DNA of 64,000 nucleotides from an uncultured Candidatus Altimarinota bacterium (lineage in GTDB: Bacteria > Patescibacteriota > Gracilibacteria > BD1-5 > UBA6164): the NCBI GenBank assembly GCA_913055215.1, contig CAJXJP010000001.1:798-64797 (forward strand). Reading direction: 5' to 3'. The notes under the pieces were generated by a model. The model was given only the letters and a program-made list of their open reading frames with translations. It had not been told where the DNA came from and ran no database searches. Position numbers and translations under genes: made by a program. This document shows, piece after piece, positions 13,501-25,142 of this stretch; position 1 is the stretch's first letter, and each line of letters opens with the position of its first letter.

Positions 13501-16500
13501 AAAGAGATATGAAATTTGATATACTTTCTTTATTTATAACTATTGGTTCAGAAATATTTATATTATTTCTTTGTACTTGAATAGTAAGTGGATATCTGAT
13601 TTTTTGTTGTACTCAATTTTTATTAAAAGAATTCAATCAGAAAATCAATTTTTTATCAGCTTTAGAATCTTTAGAAATTTTTGGAATTATTTCATTTGAT
13701 TTTTGATTATAAGCATCGAAGAAATAAATATTTTTTTCTTCACTCGCTTCTATCATATTTTCAGATGATTGAATTTCGACATCTCACAATATATTTTCTG
13801 CAACATATGATGAAGCGAAAATTCTATCTGATCTAATTTCAATCTTTAAAGGTTCCGAATTAATTTTCTTAAATTCTTTATTATCTTTATCTTTTACAGA
13901 AATTGAAGCTGTAAAATAATAATTCGCTTCTTTCGCTTTTGATGAAAAACCAAAATTTGCTTGTCCTCAGGTAACTGGAATAATCGTATCATTGAAATCG
14001 ATATAAGGAAGTGATTGAGAATATTTATTATTCGTAACATCTCCTCTATCATAAATAGTTTTTACATTATCATTTGTAAATTCTTTTGTTGTATCTTTTA
14101 ATGTTTCAACTTTTTGTAATTTTAAATCTACTTTAGAAACATTGTCTAAACGAACTTGTACTCCCTTTTTATCAACTACTTTTGCTGTAAGTTTTCCAGA
14201 TTTTTGGAAATAGTAATTACTAGCATCGCTTGATAGAATAATTTTTCATCAATCGAATTTTTTCTCAATACAGTCATTTACACCATTTTTATTTACATCT
14301 CAGTTACATTGTTCGAACTCATCTCTCTCAACAGGAGAAAGAAGTGTAACTCAACATGTTCATTCAGAAATAGTAATTGCTGGTGGTAACATATCAGTTA
14401 GCCAACACATTATAGCTGGAATCCACTCAAAAATCATAACTCATTCAGGAGGAGCACATTTAAATGTTCCATTTTTTGATTTATTATTTTCTCTACTCAC
14501 ACTGACTCAAAGAAGAGCACTTGAAAGTTTTAGATTCTTAGAAATGATATCAGCATATGGATTTTCTGCTTTAGATTCTGGGTCAACTTTAACATACATG
14601 TTACTTGCATCACCAAATCAAGCTAAATATGCAATTTCATATAATTTTTTATTTTTTGGTAAATTAAAATTAAAATCATTATCAAATTGATCTGAAAGAT
14701 AATTTTCAAAAATAAATTTATATTTTGCAGAAACACTATTTAAGTTATTCCAGTGAACAGCAAAAGCTAATGTATCTAGATAATTTACATTTTTCTTATC
14801 TCAATAGTCATTTATTGTTCCGTTTGATTTTTTATCTTTCAACAATGAGTAAAGAGAAACTTTATCTCATGTGTTTGAGAGGGTTGTAGGATATGATCAA
14901 ATTTTTAGTAAATTATATAGTTCTTGATTTTTTCAAGATAATTTACTTGGATTATGATTTGTAATAAGAGTATTCATTTGAGTTGTCACTCAATCTAAAT
15001 GTTTTTTTAACTCTTCTTTAGATGAAGCAAAACTCAAATCATTTACATCAACAGTATTAACTCTAAATAAATTCGGATACTTGATTTTAGCATAGTCTCC
15101 ATCTGCAGCAATAAAGTCAATATATCTATCTTTGTTAACTGGCAGATCAGGAGTAATTAATGCTGAAACTTGTTCAGATAATTGTTCAGCAGTTGGTGCA
15201 TTATGAATTATATGAGAAGTAATTCACTTATAATTATAATTCACATTATGCCAGTTGTTATAGGCAGAAGATCCAGTGGTAGAATTTGCACTTCATGAAC
15301 ATTCATAATCTCAATCACGATCTCTACTATCAACATAAGAAGCTGAATCGATACTCACTCAATCCAAATTAATATTTTTTCTTGTACATCTTTCTACAGA
15401 AATATTTTTATAAACATCTTTTAATTTAGGAATACTTGGTCAAGATGTTGTGAGAGTGAGTGGATTCCAGTTATTATTATTTTTTGAATAGGCAATTCCG
15501 TTTACTGGAGCTGTATACCTAGTTTTACATTCATATTGTGGCCCGCTTCCGTTTGATCATCATCCCCAAGAAGTTCTTACTAATTCTTCTTTCGATGTTA
15601 ATAACATATTTGTATTATAACATTGAAGTGGTGATGGATTTAATAATGCATTTTTAGATTCAACTGATCCCGCAATATCAAAAAGTGGACGTATCGACTT
15701 TTTAGTATCGCTTGTTCATAGTTTAATTTTACCAGATGCTGCACTTGAATTATCTAGATTTAAAGCACTGTTACCTCACCAATATCATAAAGACATTTTA
15801 TGTGCATTTGCTCATGCTCATAATTGAACTTTTGTTGCAAGTTCTACATCTGATTTAACATTATGCACGTTGTGTCATCTATTCGCCTCTACAAGTTTTC
15901 ATCAATTTTCTGTAGATCATCTGTAAATCGTACATTCAGATGCATTAGTAATATCTTTTGTCTGTTGTCCAAATAGGAAATTTTCATAATCGCTTATACA
16001 ATCATTATATCAAGCTCCTCAACTTCTATATGTAGTTGGTATTGCTATTTTTCTAGCTAAACCTGACGTAACTATAGTATTAATATACGATTCTAAATCG
16101 TTATTTGTGTCTAATATAATTTTATCACTTACTAAATCAAGAGAAGTGATTAGATGAGGAATAAGGTCTACATTAACCTTAGATCCAGCCTGATTATATC
16201 TTCAAGCATTATGGACATTTCATCTAAACGTTCAGATAGAACCTTTAGAAAATATTTCAACAAATTTTTTAATTGAATTTTTTACAATGTGTCTTGTTTG
16301 AATATCAGGTGATATAGATACATCAGGTCCATTTGATAAAGCTGATACATCAATCCCTAAATTTACTTTATCTGCAATTTCTCAGATTTGTCTATTTTGA
16401 TCTCATAACATTTCAGATTGAAGAAGTGTTGCAAGAGCTTTTGTATATCTCTTATAGACAATGTCTTCTTTGAAATTTAAATAAGAACGGTATCAAATAT

Positions 16501-17242
16501 AATTATTAAAATTAATAGATTGAGATTCTCTAAATGCATCAAAATAAAAAACATATGGTTCATAGGTACTTGGAACAAAACTTCTTTTATCTCCATTTAT
16601 TACATTCGTTGAAAGTTTAAAGTTTCATGAACCCGTATAATACTCATGATTTTTTGCAAAATAATCTTTTAATGCTTGAATGTTGTTTTTTTCAGAACCT
16701 GTATTTGGTGAAATAACTCAATGCCAAATTTCAGGTTTGATTCATTCATTAGAATCTGAATTAACAATATATCTTCAAATTGTTTCATCAAAAATATAAG
16801 ATTTATTTTTAAAATCTGTATATGGTAAAATAGTTTTATCGCTTGATTCATTACCCGTAACTATTGGGGTTGGAATATCTCAAACTAGAACCGTCCCTAC
16901 AAGCCTTGAATCAATATTTGATTTCTTAAGCCCTTTAATTCCATCAAAATAAAGTGATTCATTGAGTGATGCAATCTGATACGACGTAGCATTACTTGGT
17001 GTTGGTAAAATAATAACTTGTGTATTATCAAGTACACTTCATATATCATCAGCATATTTTTCTACTTCTGAACGTATTTTTGAGTATACATTTTCATTCA
17101 CCAAAATAGAGACTATATCTCTATAGTCATTAGTTTTGGCATATAAGCTTGAATGAAATATTGGAACTCTAAAAGTAATAGAGAAAAATAATGAGAAAAT
17201 CACTAAAAATGATAAGAATTTTTGCGCTCTAGAGTAATTCAT
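4532..17242 (-). CDS. Giant secreted or surface multidomain protein, 4,236 aa (signal peptide, FG-GAP/VCBS-like repeats, Asp-rich Ca-binding-like motifs, Ig-like repeats, Gly/Pro/Cys module, LPxLP repeat)
   Basis: ATG at 17242. I inspected all codons down to TAA 4532-4534 and found no TAA or TAG. My hand count gives roughly 160 in-frame TGA. All sizeable minus-strand ORF-track pieces here (17039..17242, 12044..12226, 11543..11782, 8213..8629, 7277..7486, 4550..4816) are in this one frame. N-terminus: MNYSRAQKFLSFLVIFSLFFSITF...LYA. Confidence 0.85.
7742..7912 (-). repeat. Coding tandem LPxLP-type repeat inside the giant ORF
   Basis: Hand translation: PIILPLLPDLILPNVPTVNINLPTLPILPTIELPELPDLPSLPTVELPNLPPPPTLPKL. 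Confidence 0.85.
9121..9720 (-). other. TGA-dense Gly/Pro/Cys-rich hydrophobic module of the giant ORF
   Basis: About 23 in-frame TGA in 200 codons, against about 3-4% elsewhere in the ORF. Translation includes CGFGGGGCIATPMNWAPLAPGGDPTLFGYPVGDGLMVGEGIP...GVCNAALGAGGYLG...AACFGGPPIVAGYANMPGMHPLVPGGNCVIAAMPLIGCEDDGSDGD. Confidence 0.8.
10920..11340 (-). other. Three consecutive FG-GAP/VCBS-like repeats in the giant ORF
   Basis: Hand translation: VFDYNNDNLDDILIVQNDDYLRLYEN; AGDFTGDGYDDIFFVNDKK; VFDMDADGIKDVVILDDSGEINVFYGGG. Confidence 0.65.
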
Positions 17243-17274
17243 AAATTTATGCGTTTTGCAGCTAAAGTAAAAGA

Positions 17275-17312
17275 AAAGCCAGTTTTTAACATTTTAGTTA
17301 AAAACTGGCTTT
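17275..17312 (-). terminator. serS terminator: perfect 16-bp stem (aaagccagtttttaac / gttaaaaactggcttt)
   Basis: Inverted repeat with a 6-nt loop. It lies between the serS stop and the giant ORF start. Confidence 0.7.
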
Positions 17313-17369
17313 AATCAAACAATTTTTGTACTATTTTAGTATACAAAATTTATGATTATTTTTAGATTT

Positions 17370-18629
17370 TTATATTTCAGTTTTCCCTCCCATAAATGGA
17401 ACTAAAACTTCTGGAATTTTTACATTTCCTTCTGCTGTTTGGAAGTTTTCAATAATAGCAATCATACATCTAGACATAGCGATAACAGTCCCGTTTAGAG
17501 TATGAACATATTGAGATTTTCCATTTTCATCTTTATACTTTATACCAAGTCTTCTAGATTGGAATTCACCAACATTTGAACAACTCGTTACTTCTCTAAA
17601 TTTTTCTTGAGCTGGCATCCATGCTTCGAGATCGTATTTTTTCATAGCTGGATTTCCTAGATCTCATGAACATACATTCATTTTTTGGTATGGAATTTTT
17701 AAACCTTGCCAAATTTCTTCTTCAGTTTCAACCATGAAATTATGCATTTTTTGTGAATCTTCAGGTTTACAAAAAACGACCATTTCAACTTTATCAAATT
17801 GATGACCTCTTAAAATACCTCTTGTATCTTTTCCGGCAGAACCTGCTTCTCTTCTGAAACATGGACTCATTCAAGCATACATAATTGGTGATTCTAAATC
17901 AAGTGTTTCTCAACCATGGTAAGAAGTAACAGGTACTTCAGAAGTTCAAACAAGATAGAGATTATCTTCTCCTGGATTTACTTGATAGATTCCATCTTCA
18001 TCAGCTGGAAAAAATCCTGTACCGAACATTGCTTTTTCTCTAACTAACACAGGTGGCAACATAGGATTAAACCCTTTTGCTGTTAATTTTGTAATAGCGT
18101 AGTTTTGTAATGCTAATTGTAATAATACTAAATCTCCTTTTAAGTACCAGAAACGAGCTCCTGATACATCTGATCATTTTTCAATATCAATCCATTCTTT
18201 TGCTTCACCAATTTCGTAGTGAGGTTTTACAGGGAAATCAAATTTAGGAATATCTCCATATGTAGATTCTACTGTATTATCTTCATCAGTAATACCAATT
18301 GCTGCAGTTTCATCTAAAATATTTGGAAATTTGTAATATTCATTATTCCATTGTTCATCTAGTATTTTTTGATCATCTTCAAGTTTTTTCAGTTCATCTC
18401 AAACTTTTTTCATTTCAGCTATTTTAGCAGGTTTTTCTTCATTTGATAGTGAAGGTATTTCTTTTGAAACTTTATTTTTTAATGCTCTTAAATCATCAAC
18501 TGTTGTGATTAATTCTCTTTTTTTTGTATCTAAAACTAAAAATGCTGCTACATCTAAAGTTAAATTTCTTTTATTTGCAATATCTTGCACCATTTCAGGA
18601 TTTTCTCTAATTATTTTTATATCTAACAC
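17370..18629 (-). CDS. serS: Seryl-tRNA synthetase
   Basis: GTG start at 18629. Three ORF-track pieces in one frame are joined by TGA. Motifs: LVGTSEVP, YAGMSPCFRREAGSAGKDTRG, CSGDLG, TLNGT. Confidence 0.95.
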
Positions 18630-18653
18630 GTGAAATTATTTAAAATATAAATT

Positions 18654-19562
18654 TTATTTAACCAAAGCTTTTATCGCTTTAATAAATTTTAAAAGAGTAT
18701 ACAAAATTATACTGTTAATTCAAATGTAACTCTCTGAAACATGACGAATATCAGGCGTAAGTTTTCTTTTAAAACTAGTAACACCTTCAAGTGGATCATT
18801 TATAGTATCTGGTTTTGCAACTCATAAAAAGTCATAATATTTTCATCCAGATTCTTTAGCAATCTTAATAGCTTCCCATTGTAATTGATATGGGGCCATT
18901 AAATTTCTATATTTCTTTTTTGAAGTGGAGGCTCCATAATAGTATATCGAGACTTCTCTATCAAAAAGAAATATTCATGCAGCTACAACAGTTTCATCAA
19001 CATATGATAATAGAAGTTTTGATTCCTGAACTGTATTTAAAAACTTACAATAGTATTCGTAACTATTTCACGAAAAACTATCACGAGTAGTTGTTTCTGT
19101 CATTAAATCATAAAATGCTTTAATGTTTGCAGGCGTTTTATTTACAATATGAGTAACAACTCCTTTCTTTTCAGCAAGTTTAATATTATATCTTCACTTA
19201 GGTTTCATAGCAGCTAGAATGTCATCATATGACTTATCAAGCTCTATAACAGCAGTAAATTCTGTAATAAATTTTTTATAGTATTGATTTTTTAAATTAC
19301 AGTTATCTGTATGTAATTTTGGGTCTGAGAAAGAGAGTGTTTCAAATTGAAAAAATAGGCATTTTTCTTTTATTGATATTTTTTTTACTGTTTCTACAAG
19401 ATCTTTTGTGATTAAGTTTTTATTGATTCATAAAATAAATAATCCATATAACCCAAGTCAAATTGAACGTTTTTCAGCAAATATTCATCAAATATTGAGT
19501 ACTTTATCAGCTTGTCCAGATTCTTCTAGCATGTTTGCCCATTGCTGAGTTTGCCAAATCAT
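18654..19562 (-). CDS. FemAB-family peptidoglycan bridge aminoacyltransferase-like protein, 302 aa
   Basis: Hand translation with TGA=Gly: ...KPKGRYNIKLAEKKGV...YYYGASTSKKKYRNLMAPYQLQWEAIKIAKESGGKYYDFLGV... The ATG overlaps the upstream stop (TAATG). Confidence 0.7.
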
Positions 19563-20746
19563 TATTTAAGGAGGTTAAAGTATACGTTATGCAACCCTGA
19601 AAGTGGGTCAATTCATAAATGTTCTAGTATTTTTAATGCATCTAAACGTGTAAATGTATCATCAAAACGTAAAACTAAAAACATTTTACCATTATCAAAA
19701 TAATCAATTGAGACAAGAATTCAAGAAATATAATAACTTTTTCTTGTTTTTCTTATTTCTTTAATTCTATTTTTGTAAACATGTTTAAATGATTGATAGG
19801 TAGCTTCATCGATAAAAAACCTTAAATGAAACCTTTTTTCATAAGCACTCAATTCTAAATCTGGTCAAATATAAGAAAATAATAATTTTTCTTTTCATAA
19901 TTTTCTAATACGAACAAATTCATCTTTTTCACTTAATTTTCTTTGTGTAGGATTGAAATATCTATCATTTTGTTCTACTTCTCATACATAGTTTCATCAT
20001 AATTTATATATGATTTCATCCAATTTTAGAATTAAATCTTCTTGTAATTCAAACTTAAGATTTGATTCTTTTACTTCAGAATTTTTAGCTTCTATATTGG
20101 GATTATAGTCATTGGAAACAATAATATTTGCAGATTTTTTCGTTGGTTCAATATATTTTGAATGCATTGGTTCAACCACGTCTAAAAAGTAGTCCAATAT
20201 TTGTTTTGGCGTATCTCCAGTCCTATGAATATCTCTGAATATTCTACGAAGAATTTGTCAATGAGAACCAATATCAACATAAATATTATAGTCTCATAGA
20301 GCTTCTAAAGATTCATGCAAAGCGAAAAGTCCTTCAACGATAATTACTGATGAAGGTTCAATTTTTTGAGCGTGAAACACCGGCTCAGTTTGAAAATCAT
20401 AAGTTGGTGCAAAGATTGAATTTCCATTTTGTAATTCAGAAAGATGCTTTTTAAAAAGATCTAAATCTAGCGCTTCAGGTTGATCCCAATTTAATTCATT
20501 TCATAATTTTTTTTGTTCATCCATGAAATTATGCCCTCTATAATAATTATCCATAGATAAAATTTGAGATCCTTCAAAAAATCATGCAATTTTTTCTGCT
20601 ACACGCGAAGTCTTTCAAGAGGCTGTTCATCCCGCCACTAAGACAATTAATGGATTAACTCTATCAGAAAGTAAATTTTCAATATCAGTGTGTGCCTTAT
20701 TTAATCAATCACTCAGTGTGAAAATTTTCTCTATTTTTTTTGTCAT
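19562..20746 (-). CDS. udk: Uridine kinase fused to a C-terminal CYTH-like domain, 394 aa
   Basis: P-loop VAGGTASGKTS (two Gly encoded by TGA), plus LSMDNYYRG and NWDQPEALDLDLF. The C-terminal half reads EQNDRYFNP...FVRIRK...GPDLE...KTRKSYYISGILVSIDYFDNGKMFLVLRF, which fits the CYTH pattern. Confidence 0.75.
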
Positions 20747-20752
20747 TGAATT

Positions 20753-21763
20753 TTATAAAGAATTAATATGATCTTCTGCTATTTTTGTAATTTTTCTCCC
20801 TCTTGGTGTTCTTTCCAAAAATCCAATTTGTAGTAAATAGGGCTCTACAACATCTTCTAATGTTGCATCTTCTTCTCATATAGCTGACGACAAGGTATTT
20901 AATCAAACGGGTCATCAAGCAAATTTTGAACGTATTGTTTCTAAATATTTTCTATCTAAATAATCTAATCAAAGATCATCAATTCCAATATCATGAAATA
21001 TTTCTTTTAGGCTTTCGAGAGATGTAACATCTTTTCAAATTGTTTCATAATCCCTTACGATTTTTAGAAGTCTATTTGCTATTCTTGGTGTTCAACGTGA
21101 TTTTTTTGCAACAGTATGAATCGTATCTTCCGTTAAGCTAAGTTCTAATATATCAGCATTATTTCAAATAATAGTTCAAATATCTTCTACATTATAAAAA
21201 TCGAGTTTTAATACATTTCAAAATCTATCTCTTAAAGGTGAAGATAGTGCTGATAGTCTTGTTGTAGCTCAAACAAGTGTAAAAGGTTTGATTGATAATT
21301 TCACACTTTGTGCTCATGTTCAACTTCATACCATAATATCTATTTCAAAGTCCTCCATAGCAGTATAGAGAATTTCTTCTACTTGTGGTTTTAATCTATG
21401 AATTTCATCAATGAATAAAATATCTCACTCGTCTAAGTTTGATAATATACTCACTAAGTCAGATTGTTTATCAACAGCAGGTCCCGAAGTAGATTTCATT
21501 TGTGTTCACATTTCAGATGCAATAATCGAACTTAGTGTTGTTTTTCATAAACCTGGAGGTCCATAAAATAATATATGTTCAAGACTATTCCCACGTATTT
21601 TCGCTGATCACATAGAGACAGCTAAGTGTTTTTTTATATTATCTTGTCAAACATAGTCAGAAAGTTTTTGTGGTCTTAATATATTTTTTGAAAGAGCTAT
21701 ATCGACGTCTTTTTCCTTTGGAGTGACAACACGACTTGCTTCAACATTTGATGATTCAATCAC
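20753..21763 (-). CDS. ruvB: Holliday junction branch migration helicase RuvB
   Basis: GTG start, with an in-frame TAA just upstream. Motifs: GPPGLGKTTL (Walker A Gly encoded by TGA at 21545-21547), [26 protein letters not shown]. Confidence 0.93.
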
Positions 21764-21911
21764 AGAAAATTCATTAAAAATTATTTTTGTATATATTAAG
21801 GATATAAATTTGAAAGTAAAGAATTTTGAAAATATTCACAAAAGCTCTTTGAAAAAAATGAAATAATGTTTATAATATATTTGATTACCAAAATAGTATT
21901 AATTTAAAGTT

Positions 21912-22379
21912 ATGTTAAATATTCAAACAGGTATAAATAATGAAGTTTTAAGAACTGTATCTGAACCAATTAAAAAAAATGAAATAAAAGAGCTACTCAA
22001 AACAGGAAAACAGATGTTGAAATATATAAAAGATCCTGATAACGGTTGAGTTGGGCTCGCTGCACCACAAATATGATTAAATAAAAGAATGATCGTTGTT
22101 AGTTTATTAAGAGACCGGGAAGATGAAAATTTTAAAACCGTATTAATGATCAACCCTGAAATACTCGAACATACAGAAAATAAAGATGTAGAGCAAGAAG
22201 GTTGTTTATCAGTCCCTGGTGCAAAATGAGATGTCGAAAGGTATATCGGTATCAAATTAAGATATACGGACGATAAACAGAGAGAAAATACCTTAAATTT
22301 AACTGGATTATCAGCAAGAATAGTTCAACATGAAATAGATCACCTAGATGGGGAATTATTTACAGATAAATTAGTATAA
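21912..22379 (+). CDS. def: Peptide deformylase
   Basis: Motifs GVGLAAPQIG, EGCLSVPG and QHEIDHLDG, seen after TGA read-through. Confidence 0.93.
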
Positions 22380-22380
22380 A

Positions 22381-22434
22381 AAAATTCAAATAAAAAAAAC
22401 AATCTCAATTGAGATTGTTTTTTTTATTTGAATT
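22381..22434. terminator. Bidirectional terminator: perfect 25-nt inverted arms around AATT
   Basis: aaattcaaataaaaaaaacaatctc-aatt-gagattgttttttttatttgaattt, between convergent def and secY. Confidence 0.75.
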
Positions 22435-23692
22435 TTGAATAATCAAACATTTTCATTTCTGAATCAACTTTTCTTACAATGTCTAGAATTACTGAAACAA
22501 TAATGATTAACCCTGCAGCAGAGATAATAAAATCAATAGATTGTCCCATTATTTTCCCCATAATATATGGTAAAACAGCAATAAGAGCTAAGAATCATCC
22601 ACCAAATAGATTTAAGTGATTAGATACTTTTGCTAAGTAATCAGCTGTATCTGAACCTGGTCTAATACCTGGAATGTAACCACCTCTTTTTTGAATACTT
22701 TCTGCAACTTGATCAGTATTGAAAGTAATCGATACGTAGAAGAATGAGAATCCTAATACTAAAATGAAATAGATTACAATGAAAGGCCATGTAGGATTTC
22801 CTAAATCAAAGTAAGTAAGTAGCTGAGTACCAATGGTATTAGCAGTTGCACTTGTTGATTTAGATAGTAGTTGCCCTAAAATAGAAGGGAAAGTTACTAA
22901 TGAAACCGCAAAGATAATAGGAATCATCCCTGCTTGATTGATTCTAATTGGGAAATAAGATTTTTCATCTCTCCCAGTTTTTGTATAGATAATTGGTATT
23001 CTTCTGTTTCATTCAGTAAATTTAATAATTACATAAATGATGAAAAGAGTAGCAATAAATAATCCAGCAAATAGTGGGTAATTTCCAGAAGAAATATGAT
23101 TCATTATTACTGAAGGAACACCAGCAAGTACACCAGCTGTAATAATTACAGAGATACCATTACCAATACCGTATTCAGTCATAACTTCACCTAACCACAT
23201 TAAGAAAACTGTACCAGCTGTAACGATTGTCATAGCCATTAGAATAACATGAAGGTTACTTGTATCAATAATTGTACCACCAGCTAAGCTGTTTAGTAAA
23301 ACGATCATACCATATGATTGCGCGAACGCTAATGGTAAAGTAAGCCATCTAGTATATTTAGTAATTTTCTTTTGTCCTGCTTCACCTTCTTTTTGTAAAT
23401 CACCAATTTTAGGAATAATAACACCTAAAAGTTGGATGATGATTACTGCATTAATATACGGAGACAATCCCATCAATATGATTGAGAAGTTAGATAATCA
23501 TCCTCACATTAGTGCACTAAAGAAAGAAAGTCCTTTTTGTTGTTCCATGATTGCTCCTAAACCTTCAGTGTTTACACCGTAAACAGGAATAGTAGCTAGG
23601 AATTTATATACTAAAACTAAAATTAAAGTAGCAATAATTTTTTTTCTAATATCTTTTACTTCAAAAACTGATTTTATACTCTTAAGTATCAT
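22423..23692 (-). CDS. secY: Preprotein translocase SecY; the 3' end is uncertain because the sequence as given has no in-frame TAA/TAG
   Basis: Three ORF-track pieces in one frame are joined by TGA=Gly, with typical SecY TM segments. The listed end assumes one extra A in the AAA run at 22440-22442, which gives ...EMKMFDYSKFK-TAA. See the findings. Confidence 0.9.
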
Positions 23693-23770
23693 AGAAGTTA
23701 ATATTATAAATTAATAATCGGATTATATTCAAAATAATAAAAAACCCAAACAAAAAGCTTGGGTAAATTA

Positions 23771-24226
23771 TTATAACAGTTCTAATTTTCATCCAGCTTT
23801 TTCAACTGCAGCTTGTGCTGAAGAAGAAGCTTTATCAACAACAACTGATACTTTAGCAGTTAATTCTCCTTTCCCTAATAATTTAACTGGAAGTGTTTTT
23901 TTAGTAACGATACCGTTAGCAATTAATACTTCTTTGTTAACTTCAGAGATACCTTTTTCAGCTAATTTAGCTAAATCAGTAAGATTAACTACGCTATATT
24001 CTTTTTTAAATAAAGCATTTGAAAAACCTTTTAGTTTAGGCATTCTTCTAAATAAAGGAGTTTGTCCCCCCTCAAACCAAGCAGCGACTCCACCACCTGA
24101 TCTAGAGTTTTGACCATTCATACCTCTAGTACAGAATGTTCCTTTACCTGAACCATTACCTCTCCCTAATCTTTTTGAAGTTTTTCTTGATCAGTTTGAT
24201 GCTTTTATATTATTTAAAGATAACAT
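23771..24226 (-). CDS. rplO: 50S ribosomal protein L15
   Basis: MLSLNNIKASNGSRKTSKRLGRGNGSGKGTFCTRGMNGQNSRSGGG...; TGA read-through at both ends of the ORF-track piece. Confidence 0.93.
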
Positions 24227-24253
24227 AAATTAAGTTTGTTAGTGTTTTAAATT

Positions 24254-24727
24254 CTATTTAAAAGAAGTCAAAGCTTTGATAGTTGCTCTAGCGTTATTGA
24301 TAAGGTTAGTTGAACCATATCTTTTAGCAAGGATATCTTTATATCCAGCAACCATAAGTACTTTTCTCACAGCACCACCAGCGATGATCCCCGTACCTTT
24401 TGAAGCAGGGTGAACCATTACTTTAGCTGCTTTGAATTTAGCTTCTAAGTTGTAAGGAACAGTTCCTTCAACCATAGTAACTTCAGTTAAATTTTTCTTA
24501 GCATTCGCTACTGCTTTTGCAATTGCGTCTACAACTTCCCATGATTTCCCAGTACCAAGTGCAACTCTTCCTTTTCCATCACCGATAACCATAACAGCTC
24601 TGAATCTAAGTTGTCTACCACCTGCTGTAACTCTCGTTACTCTATCAATGGCAAGAAGTTCTTCTTTGAACTCTTTTCTTGGTTTTGAAAATTGTCATTT
24701 TCTATTATCTTTTTTAGAAAAAGCCAT
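24254..24727 (-). CDS. rpsE: 30S ribosomal protein S5
   Basis: MAFSKKDNRKGQFSKPRKEFKEELLAIDRVTRVTAGGRQLRFRAV...; TAG stop. Confidence 0.95.
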
Positions 24728-24747
24728 ATCTTATAAGAATTATGTAA

Positions 24748-25101
24748 TTAAAATTTAAGTCCAGCTTCTCTTACTGCTTCAGCAAGTGCTTTTACTCTAC
24801 CATGATATGCAAATCATCCTCTATCAAAAACGATTGCTTCGATTTTTAATTCATTCAATTTGTTAGCAACATCCGCACCAACTTTTGCAGCCATTTCTGT
24901 TTTAGTACCTTCTTTAGGTAATTTTAGATCAGAAGATGAACAAAGTGTTTTTCCAGATACATCATCAATAGCTTGAACATAGATGTTAGTATTACTTCTG
25001 AAAACTGCTAAACGAGGTCTAGCGGCAGTACCACTAATTTTTGCTCTCACTCTGTTTTTTCTTCTTAATCTTTTTAATGTTTTTTGTAACATTTTATTCA
25101 A
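24748..25101 (-). CDS. rplR: 50S ribosomal protein L18
   Basis: C-terminus ...[27 protein letters not shown], with the second Gly encoded by TGA at 24814-24816. Confidence 0.95.
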
Positions 25102-25142
25102 TTTAAGAGTTAAATATTTTTCGCTGAATAAATAGTACGAGA

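Noticed and set aside
21923-22255. 110-aa minus-strand ORF antisense to def
   Set aside because: The plus strand encodes a complete peptide deformylase with all three catalytic motifs. The antisense frame is open only by chance and is the run-on frame of secY (see the findings).
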